64,000 nucleotides of DNA from positions 14,741 through 78,740 of IMG/VR virus record IMGVR_UViG_3300044633_000631; one strand, written 5' to 3'. The position numbers and the translations under genes are program-made. This stretch comes from a virus. Shown piece after piece: positions 52,949-62,400 of this stretch. A model generated the notes under the pieces. It worked only from the letters and a program-made list of their open reading frames with translations. It was not told where the DNA came from and made no database searches. Each line of letters starts with the position of its first letter. Within the stretch, counting starts at the first letter, position 1.

Positions 52949-55900
52949 TACGTAGCTCCTCTATTTGCAATTGTTGCTCTTTTATAGCTTCAATTAATAA
53001 TGGTATAATCTTCTGGTAATCTACACCAAGAAATCCATCATCTTTTTCATGAACAGCTTCCGGAATAACTTCCATTATTTCCTGAGCAATTACACCTATA
53101 TCATTTCGCTTGAATAGGTCTTGATTTTGCTTAGCGTAATAGTCATCATTCCAGGTGAAAGTATATCCATTTATTTTAGATAGTTTTTCAATGGGATTTG
53201 AAATTAATACAATATTATGTTTCAATCTTTTATCTGAACCATTGTATGCCGTTATATTCGCAGTAGCAGTTATATTTCCAGTTACATATACATTCCCAGA
53301 GGCTCTGAGCGCATATGAGGGGTCGCATATATAAACTGAAGTTCGAGTAGAGCCAGGTGACATATTAAACTGACTGGCAAAGTATCCTGCGTACTGAGCG
53401 GTATCCGCTCCACTGGTGCCGTAAGAAGCATGTGAACCTAAACTAACTTGGAAAGCATTATTTCCAGCCTCTGAACTGTAAGTTACGTTAAAAGCTCTAC
53501 AAAACTCATTATTTAGATAATAACCTGTTTCGCCCATACGTATTAAAGTACTGCCGTTGACGTCCGGTTTCCCATTATGACCCCAAAACATCGTTTCCAT
53601 ACCTACACCCGCTCTATTTACGAAATCACTCGGGTGCCTTATCTTTGCTTGGTAAGCTATCCTAACAGGTTGTTCAGCAGACCCTGCTGGATTTGCGTAT
53701 ACAACTGTATAGTCGCCAATAACGCTATCTCCGGCGGAAAATAATAAGTTATTAGTATTTGAATACGTTCTAAACTCATGACTAGTTCTATCTTCATTAA
53801 TAGTTAACCGTTCTCCCGTTCCAGATGTAGATTTTAACTCTCCTGTAAATGTTGTTATGGCCTCTAGGCTGCCAACTTTAAATAAACTAAGATAAGGTAC
53901 ACCCCACACTGTATTTTGGTAGTCTCCATTTGGCTGATATATCGCATCAGTCTGCCATTGCTTCTCCCCAGTAGCTACAGTATAAGGTGTTTCTGACCAA
54001 GTTATAATATTCCAAAACAAATCGTAGGCTATTGCTGGCAATGCGCCATCTGTAGACGCCATAGGTGTTTGAGGCTCATAACCAGTATATAGTTGTTTGT
54101 AGTATAACCTTTTTGCAGTTTTACCTGATGGACCTGGAACTGTAGAAGGACTACCATCGATACCATCTTTCATACTGACTACAGGTGTTGTCCATCCTGT
54201 AACTGCAATATTACCTACATAGCCTGCACGCGCAGATACAACCGCCCTTGAGGTATAAACTGGGGTAGTTCCTGCGGGTATTGCGTAACTCCATGTCGCT
54301 CCCGTCGAAGTTGGCATGGTCACCAGAGTATTCCCACTACTAAAACTGTATAAACCTCCGGAAGGAGTAGTAGATGGCGCCCCTCTTGTATAAATGGTAA
54401 TTTCCGCAATACTTGATCCTTCAATCTTAATTGGAGTATTCCATGTAAAACTACTCGCGCCTAATAGTTTATAGCCAACGGATGACCACATCGGCTCTGT
54501 GCTATCAGGCACTAGATCGACATTAGAATACCAATTAGCCGGTGCGCCTACAACAGAGGGCGCTGCTGCACTTCGTCTAAAAATAATATCTACTGAATCG
54601 CCTGTATCGCCTTTTATAGATAAGCCTTGATCTCCTTTCTCGCCTTTAATTTTAGAAGGGGTAGACCATGTACCATATGATAATACAACTCCTGTGGCAC
54701 TTAAAGTATTCACTTGCTGGCTCATCCAAATTGTCGTTGTATCAGGAATAGGCCCCCACCCTGTGGCAGTCTGCGTAGATGATGCTGGAAGCGTTGGAGC
54801 ATTTGTAGCAGAACTATAAGTAAAGCGTATAGTACCACTAGTGCCATCTTTTGAGATTGCAACAGGAAATGACCATACAGCTGAATGCGGAGGTAAGCCA
54901 TCACTAGTGAAGATTCTGGTTGCCATATATAATTGATCGGTACCAGCAGGCACCCCATCCGACCAACCTGTAGCAGCTGGACTGCTAAATGTACCACCTG
55001 CAGGTCTATCAACCAATGGGGTTGCACTTCGGTTGAAGCATATCCCATTAACTTGGCCTTGCCCTACTGCACCTGGAGAACCATTCTCTCCTCTTATCTT
55101 AACAATTGATACTGTTGCTTCACCATTTGCTGTGACGGTGGTTCGCATGTATTGATCTAATGGTACACCAATTGGATGCCAGTTTGTAGAACCGTCTACA
55201 CTAAACTCTAGTTTTGTATCTGATGTAGAGACCAATTCAGTAGGTGTTTTCCATACTAGCGCTTGAGGTGATTCTCCATCACTTGTAAATAAACGACTAC
55301 TCATCCATACTGTCAGGTTGGTGCCATTGTCTTCCGGTATGCCATCAGACCAGCCGGAAGGTACAGGTAGTAAGAAAGAGCCGTCTGTTGGTGTATCAGG
55401 TTTTAAAATACTACGTTTAAATATAGTACTGGTAAATGAAGTTGTTTTTAATTGAGTGAACGGAATTGTTAATGAATCGCTCATTATTGAAAATGTCGTC
55501 GCGTCTACAACTTTTACACTCGTAGCCATTGAAGCATTCGTAGTTGATACTGTAATCGAGTTGCTCGTATCTGTCTGCACAACGCCAGCTATTGTCCACT
55601 GGTGAGTCGCCGATGCGTAAGGAGTGCTAAAAGTTATTGTTGTAGGTACCAATACTCCGATTTCACTGCGTTCTATTTTAGAAACACTAGCCGTTATCAT
55701 TTTTGTATTAAATGTATTTAAATTTAATACTAGATCACTTTCAACAAGATCAGAATACGTCCCGTCAGCTCTATAACCCCTAACTGCAAAAACAGTACTA
55801 ATGTATGGAATAATTTGGTTAATGCTATATGTTGTCGCTTTAATGTCTGATGCGAGTAATACAAAAGTGGCCACACCCTGTGTTTCGTATCTAGCATAAT

Positions 55901-58157
55901 ATAAGTCATAACTCACTGTTAATGAATCATTTGTAGTCCATTTTACTTCGCCCAGTGCAGTACTTTTTGGATCATAATAAGGCGTATAAACAGGCTTAGA
56001 AGGGGTAGGTACAACAGTGCTCGTTACAGGGACACTGACAGTAGGCGCTAAAAATTCAGTAATATCTGAATTTAAGACAGGCGCATATACAGCAGATACT
56101 TTACATATATTATTAATATCAATTTCAACTTGTAAAATTCTTAGCCTAGTCGGAACTGAATTAGTTATTGTTTTACTTGTAAGCGTTACAATATCTCCAG
56201 GCTCTAATAGCTTATTAGTTATAATATAACTAAAAGATATTGCATAAGTGTCTCTACTTTTCTCAACAGTGTACTTAGCTAATAACGCTGCATGGTAGTA
56301 GTCAGTTATACCTGAAGCCGATATTTCATTTGAAGATAGTATATAACCGTCTTGCGAAAGGAGTGTATTGTATTTCCCTGAGTCACTCGGCACTGCAATG
56401 AAATCGGTATAAGTTTCATCTGCACTGTTCCAAATCTGGGCACCGCTCGTAGCTTGTGATAACGTACCTGCCATGCCAAATAAAGCAGCACCCGTACATT
56501 CGACTGTTATGGAATATCTGCCTGCGGTCAAAGCCTTCACGCTACTTGTATACAACCCATTTGAAGCGTATCCATCGACAATCATGACACTGGTTTCGAG
56601 ATTCACCATCCTTACACGGTGATTGGAGTCTCCAGATGCAATTCTCAATCTATAATCATCAGCCAACGCTGTAGGTATATAAATCTTGTAAACAAATGTA
56701 AACCCAGCGGATTCGCCAGACCATACGGCATAATTGTTTAAAAGAGTTGGCCCTACGTTTGCACCATTATTTTCCTCACCCCAGTTAGTGCGGGTGGATC
56801 GACTGTATCTAAAAGGTCCAACACCTCTATAGGGCGCTGAATCGGTAATTTTAGGTGGCCATGATACTTTCTCTTCTACAAATTCTGCTGATTCATTTTT
56901 AAAAGTGACTGTACAATAGTTATATTTAGAAGATGACGGTGGAAAGGATTTAAGCACTTCTTGTGATAGCACTAAATCGCTATCTGTTATTGTGACACCT
57001 GTAGGATTATCTAAGAGTAGTTTATATTTACCCCCAGACCAGACTAAAGAAGCTTCCGGCATAGATAGCAAAATAGACTTTACATTTTCTGAAATAGATT
57101 TAGAAGTATCTAGTACAATATTACATTCATACTTACGTAAGGGTTCTGTAACTGACGGTGCCGCATTATAAGGAGCAACTAAAGTATTACCTAGTTGAGT
57201 AGGGTTGTAAAATTTGCCACTTCTTGCAGACATGACTTTCATATCAGCATTTGCAATGACTTGATCACAAACAGCTGCAGTCTCTCTAAATGAATTCAAA
57301 TCTAACATAGATTCTGTTATTCTCAAAGAATCGTCCAAGCTGCCACAATCTAGCAAATAATCCAATAGCACCCAAGCTGGGTTATTAGAATACACCCTAG
57401 TAGGCAAAATTGCTGTATTGCCCGGGTTCAATGTTGTTCTTATTTTTCGACCTTCGATAAGAAACTTAACCTTTGGAACGGAAGTGAACTGTGGATTCAT
57501 TGCATTCAATTTAAACGCACAAGAAGCATACGCAATATTAGTAAATGCTGCTGCCTTACGTCTAGGTTGATTTGCAGTCATGACTGCGTCTGTCCCGCCA
57601 TTTGTATGTATATCAATCCTAAGAGCAGACTGATTAGAATGTTTGCTATCCCATTTACTTCTTGCGCTACCTCCTAAGTCGGGAGATGAGATGTATTTAT
57701 CATCAACAAGACATTCTACAACACGGTTGATATCACCCCTTGCGATAGTATACTGTGCATATAGTAAATCTGATACTGCATCAGTTGGATATGTAGTGTC
57801 TAATTTAAGTGCCGATTGTGCAGGCACTATTAGAGATGATGTGATTGTTTTTGTAGCATCTGTTGGATCTATAGTTACGACAGATAACGAAGATGCTGGA
57901 ATGGCAGACGGACCAGCTTGAAAAGTTTGTTGACTATTAACTGTGACACCTGTCATTGTAAATTTCTTTGTAGTGTCTGCATATACTAATGTCCCTTCGA
58001 CAAGACCTCTACCATATACTAAAGGTAAGTATCCTGTTACCATCTTAGCTTCAGGTGTTATACCAGTTGTCTTTTCAGGCGGCTCAGGCTTAGTCCATTC
58101 TTCATAGATTGCCCAAAGTATAAGACCTGTTTTAACAATATCAGAAAATGTTATCAT
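52923..58157 (-). CDS. tail tip/central fibre protein with C-terminal S74-type intramolecular chaperone
   Basis: LPLVYGR, IEGRKI, YSNNPAWVLLDYL, LEPGDIVTL, collagen-like GEKGDQG, SDKRLKHNI...GVIAQEI...VDYQKIIPLLIEAIKE. Confidence 0.85.
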   Translation of the reverse strand: MITFSDIVKTGLILWAIYEEWTKPEPPEKTTGITPEAKMVTGYLPLVYGRGLVEGTLVYADTTKKFTMTGVTVNSQQTFQAGPSAIPASSLSVVTIDPTDATKTITSSLIVPAQSALKLDTTYPTDAVSDLLYAQYTIARGDINRVVECLVDDKYISSPDLGGSARSKWDSKHSNQSALRIDIHTNGGTDAVMTANQPRRKAAAFTNIAYASCAFKLNAMNPQFTSVPKVKFLIEGRKIRTTLNPGNTAILPTRVYSNNPAWVLLDYLLDCGSLDDSLRITESMLDLNSFRETAAVCDQVIANADMKVMSARSGKFYNPTQLGNTLVAPYNAAPSVTEPLRKYECNIVLDTSKSISENVKSILLSMPEASLVWSGGKYKLLLDNPTGVTITDSDLVLSQEVLKSFPPSSSKYNYCTVTFKNESAEFVEEKVSWPPKITDSAPYRGVGPFRYSRSTRTNWGEENNGANVGPTLLNNYAVWSGESAGFTFVYKIYIPTALADDYRLRIASGDSNHRVRMVNLETSVMIVDGYASNGLYTSSVKALTAGRYSITVECTGAALFGMAGTLSQATSGAQIWNSADETYTDFIAVPSDSGKYNTLLSQDGYILSSNEISASGITDYYHAALLAKYTVEKSRDTYAISFSYIITNKLLEPGDIVTLTSKTITNSVPTRLRILQVEIDINNICKVSAVYAPVLNSDITEFLAPTVSVPVTSTVVPTPSKPVYTPYYDPKSTALGEVKWTTNDSLTVSYDLYYARYETQGVATFVLLASDIKATTYSINQIIPYISTVFAVRGYRADGTYSDLVESDLVLNLNTFNTKMITASVSKIERSEIGVLVPTTITFSTPYASATHQWTIAGVVQTDTSNSITVSTTNASMATSVKVVDATTFSIMSDSLTIPFTQLKTTSFTSTIFKRSILKPDTPTDGSFLLPVPSGWSDGIPEDNGTNLTVWMSSRLFTSDGESPQALVWKTPTELVSTSDTKLEFSVDGSTNWHPIGVPLDQYMRTTVTANGEATVSIVKIRGENGSPGAVGQGQVNGICFNRSATPLVDRPAGGTFSSPAATGWSDGVPAGTDQLYMATRIFTSDGLPPHSAVWSFPVAISKDGTSGTIRFTYSSATNAPTLPASSTQTATGWGPIPDTTTIWMSQQVNTLSATGVVLSYGTWSTPSKIKGEKGDQGLSIKGDTGDSVDIIFRRSAAAPSVVGAPANWYSNVDLVPDSTEPMWSSVGYKLLGASSFTWNTPIKIEGSSIAEITIYTRGAPSTTPSGGLYSFSSGNTLVTMPTSTGATWSYAIPAGTTPVYTSRAVVSARAGYVGNIAVTGWTTPVVSMKDGIDGSPSTVPGPSGKTAKRLYYKQLYTGYEPQTPMASTDGALPAIAYDLFWNIITWSETPYTVATGEKQWQTDAIYQPNGDYQNTVWGVPYLSLFKVGSLEAITTFTGELKSTSGTGERLTINEDRTSHEFRTYSNTNNLLFSAGDSVIGDYTVVYANPAGSAEQPVRIAYQAKIRHPSDFVNRAGVGMETMFWGHNGKPDVNGSTLIRMGETGYYLNNEFCRAFNVTYSSEAGNNAFQVSLGSHASYGTSGADTAQYAGYFASQFNMSPGSTRTSVYICDPSYALRASGNVYVTGNITATANITAYNGSDKRLKHNIVLISNPIEKLSKINGYTFTWNDDYYAKQNQDLFKRNDIGVIAQEIMEVIPEAVHEKDDGFLGVDYQKIIPLLIEAIKEQQLQIEELRNDITRLSK

Positions 58158-58654
58158 TATTTCTTACCCCATTGAAGCATTAGTTTAGAAACATCATCTT
58201 GCGATCTTTCAAAGCAAGTGTCGCCTACTGCAGGTGGATAGTCCTTGCTAATGTGCCATCCCGCAACTGAATCAAGGACATACATAGGACTTGCGCATGT
58301 GAGTTTAATTAAGGATTCTCCAATAGCATCTGTTTTCAAATAGGAATCAATTCCTGAGATAACACCTTTATATGCAATTACAATTGTTACATCACTATCA
58401 GTGACATATACATTTTTAACAGTTACCGGCATTCCATTTGAGAAACTGCTTAAAGAAGAGTTAGCTAACTCTATCCCGTATGTAACCTGTTTTATATCTG
58501 AAACAACTATAGGTGATACAGAAACTAGTCGAGAATCAGCAAGGTAAACAACACCCTCTACCGTCTCATTTTTATAACTAGAAGTCGTATTTATACTTCC
58601 TATGGTTGCAATAACGAACATATCTTTTAATGTTCCTGTCGCAAAATTTCTCAT
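58157..58654 (-). CDS. minor tail protein
   Basis: Position between distal tail and tip; GDTCFE...WGK C-terminus. Confidence 0.6.
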   Translation of the reverse strand: MRNFATGTLKDMFVIATIGSINTTSSYKNETVEGVVYLADSRLVSVSPIVVSDIKQVTYGIELANSSLSSFSNGMPVTVKNVYVTDSDVTIVIAYKGVISGIDSYLKTDAIGESLIKLTCASPMYVLDSVAGWHISKDYPPAVGDTCFERSQDDVSKLMLQWGKK

Positions 58655-59481
58655 AACGCCTCTATCAATTTAACTTGGCCTGTGGTCATCATAATACCAT
58701 CGCTGTACACCATGCCTGAGATAACATCTGTATCGTACTTGGCATTCATTTCTACTTCTGTATATTTTACAGCCGTTGTAGTAGTTATTGGCAATCGTAA
58801 CTCTGGAAATATTACCAAAGAAGTCGTATGGCTAACCACCATATAAACCTTTGGATCAATACCGAAAGTTATAAAGAGACCTACTGGCAATTTTTTATTA
58901 GTATTAGAAACAATTGGTAGACTAGTTACACCAGCAAGCGCTGCGCCAACTGTCAATTCCGTTTCTGAGTCAATAAAATAAGACTTAGGTTTACTATGTC
59001 CAGGATTCCCAGGAATTAAAGTTGTAACAGTTAATGTCTTTGCTACTGCATCTGTAGATGTTATTATTCCAACACCAATTATACTTTTATTAAGGACACT
59101 TACATAATTAAAATTAGATGGGGTTACTACTGTAAACACATTACCATTTTCTTTATTTAGTGTTGCTGTTATTTCTAATGGTTTTTCTATTTGTAATTGT
59201 GCCCCATAATTCTGAGGCATTTTAATTTTAAAACTTTCGGATGACCCTTTAGTCACTAGGTGTGCAAATAAATCGTTAGCAGTACCAACGAGGGGTTCAA
59301 GATTCGCATCTATCTCCCAACGTTGGACATTACGTTTTACCGAAACTCTAGATAATGAAAGGGTATCCGAACTAAATACTGGTTGATTGCTTTTAACTGT
59401 CAATGGGGCAATAAATTTAGCAATCATCTCAGTACCGTTCAGGATACCGTATGACATATTAACCTCTATAATTACGCTCAC
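58651..59481 (-). CDS. distal tail/baseplate protein
   Basis: Follows tape measure; QRWEI, KVYMV...IFPELR, C-terminal LIEAL. Confidence 0.6.
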   Translation of the reverse strand: MSVIIEVNMSYGILNGTEMIAKFIAPLTVKSNQPVFSSDTLSLSRVSVKRNVQRWEIDANLEPLVGTANDLFAHLVTKGSSESFKIKMPQNYGAQLQIEKPLEITATLNKENGNVFTVVTPSNFNYVSVLNKSIIGVGIITSTDAVAKTLTVTTLIPGNPGHSKPKSYFIDSETELTVGAALAGVTSLPIVSNTNKKLPVGLFITFGIDPKVYMVVSHTTSLVIFPELRLPITTTTAVKYTEVEMNAKYDTDVISGMVYSDGIMMTTGQVKLIEAL

Positions 59482-62400
59482 GATTGTACTGATTCACACC
59501 AGCCGCGATTTGCGGTAGCATTTGTGAAATCTCAGCACGTGTTTGGCGAGAAATATCGCCTGTTATATTCATATTAATAACACTATTATTAGTAATAGTA
59601 TTTGTTGTACTATTAGCTTTTGATGCAGTTGGTACAGCCATAATAGGTGAAGCCGCAGAAGAAATGGTTGCACCTGAATTAATAGCTTCCACTAAAGCGC
59701 GGTTTTTTGCAGTGGCTGCAGCGTTGATAACAAATTCGCCATTAGATAACATTGTTGGAATTGAATCAGATGTACCTGTCCCTGGGCCTGTAATCAAACC
59801 GCCTGTTGCAGCTGTGCCAAAGCCATAATAATCCGAGCCTCCGCTACCTGAGAAGAAAGAACTCAAAATATTAGCACCTAATCCTAGTAATATACTAAGA
59901 CCTGCACTCTGACCTACTGATTTAAGCAAACTCATTGCTGTTTCGCCAGGATTGGTTGTAACAGTTGCCATTAGCGCTGTTATACCATCTGACAGGTCTG
60001 TCATATTGTTATTGCTAAATCCAAAATCATTTTTCCAGCCTGCATCCCAATTAGATGCCATTCCCGTACCTTGAACATCTTTTGCAAGGGTAATTGCAGG
60101 ATTAGGATCAGCTGCCCAATCTTTTAATAAATTACCAGAACCCACAGCAAACATTGGAACTTGGGTTATTGGATCTGTTGTGAATTTAAAGTTAGAAGGT
60201 CCTGAGGGTTTAGAGACAGCCAATGGTTTATAATCTTTATATAAACGATAATCATAATATTGCTCTGCAGTCAATGTTTGTGCTTTGTCAGACAGACCTA
60301 CCCAACTTAATACTCGATCCCATAATCCATAATTAGGATTAGGATATGTTGATTGATCGATAACTGTCGGTAAATTCGAATTTGCCCTAATATCTGTTAA
60401 TATATTAGCGCCCCAATCTTGATTCAATTTACCAGACAAAGAAGATGTTAATTCATTAAAATTAATGTCGTTACTAAGTAAATCTAATTCAGCGGGGGAA
60501 ACAGGACTTCCTACTGCGCCTGTTATTGAGTCTAAAGCCTTATTTGCGTATATAGAATCAGAAAATATCTTGGGATAGAATTGAGATAATCCTGCAGCAG
60601 TTGAAGTATCATATGCCTGTAATACAGGAGGGACTCCAGCATCAGCACCCGCAGGTTTTATTAACCAATTTCCTATCTTGTCTAACATTGTTGGCGGACG
60701 AAGTTTATTAATATCAAAGTTAGACTTACCTAAAACCCAATCAGCCCCTAATGTCTGCTCGGAAGTCATTGCGCCGCCGGCTTTTACATAAGCAACTAAT
60801 TGATCCAAGTTTGCCTTAGCTCCGGAAACATTTTTAGGGCTCGCATTCTTATCTAATAGAAATGGAAAGTACGAACCATTAGGATTATCAGCACTACCTT
60901 GCAATGTATAACCTGCCCAAGTATCTGATGCAAATTGTTCTCCCAAGAATTTTGCGTCAAATGGGAATTTAGTTTTAACATTATCTAAAGCAAATAGTGT
61001 ATCTGGTAGTTTAAAATCAGGTAACGCACCTACCTTTCCTGCATCAATATAGCCATCCGCAGTCATGCTATTATAAAAATCTTTTAGCGAAATAGCTGTA
61101 TCAGTGCCAGTTTTATACAATTTATCAGCCAAGTAAGAAGCCATTTTAACACTATCGGAACCAAACTTCTTAACGCCTGTTGGTGATAATAGTTCTTTAA
61201 TATGCGCAAAAGGATCAGAACCTTGATTAAGTCCAACCTTCCTCGTTGAAAGATCAACAGTCATATATGGAGTAGTTGATGTTTTTGCAGGTACTTTTGG
61301 CTGTATCCAATCTGACACTTTTGTTTGCTTAGTGGCAACTTTCTTAACTAACTGTGCAGAAATCTTTTGTTGGGTTTCAGCAGGTACCTTGATTTCAGGG
61401 AATTTCCATTTCCCTTGGGTGTCCAATTGTAAAACAGGTTTATCTACGGGAACACGTTCAGCAATTGTTTCACCTTGCGTGTTTGTTAAGCCTAAGACAG
61501 TTTCGCGAATCTTAGCTCCAGTAGCAACATCATCTTCAGTATAATTATAAGAACCTGTATTGCTATCCAACCCCCAATGGCCCATACCTAATTGCTTATC
61601 TGAAATTAAACTAGCCATTACATTGGCAGGAATACTATAACCATTTAAAGCTACTTGATTAGTCTTGGATGCATTTGCAGCAACTTGTTTAAGTATACTT
61701 GCATTTTTGTCATCAGAGATTAACTTGTCAATACCTGTTGCGTCTTGTGTATACCCAGCCTTTTCTAAGAAATCTTTGAGTTCTTTATTACCGCCTACAG
61801 TGGCTAAACTTGCATCTATTACCTTGCCAATATTGAATTCATTAGTATTAGCAGCACCTAAGTATCTATTACCAACCGTTAAACCCTTAGCAATCTTTTC
61901 GGCTTGAGTTCCTACAACTTCTGTCCATTTTTGATTCCAAGCACCAACTGAATTTATGTCATTTGCACCTAAATTTGCAAAAACCTTTGGGTTAGCAACA
62001 GTATCTTTCACATATTTATTATGTGCTGCAACTCTAGAAAATATATCAGCACTATGAGCTACGTAATTCTGCTTGCCTTGGTCAGTTAGAATATGCCAAC
62101 TACTTGAGGGGGCCATTGGCTTAGGTGCCAGTAACGCATCTTTAGTGGCTTCACTAAACGAATCCATACCTGCCGGTAAAACTTCTTTATAAGACCATTC
62201 ACCAGTTACAGCGTCTTTTGTGCCCTTGGATTTAGTAGATCCTAGTGCATTTGTATAAGTCAAGTCTGCAAGAGTAGTAAAATTAGGATCAATTTTATAA
62301 TCATTTGCAGATAATCCGGATATGTTTCCTGCTACAGCGTTAATCAAACTTTCTCTATTTAGAGTACTAGTGCCAACAGCGAGAGTATCGCCCATAGTAG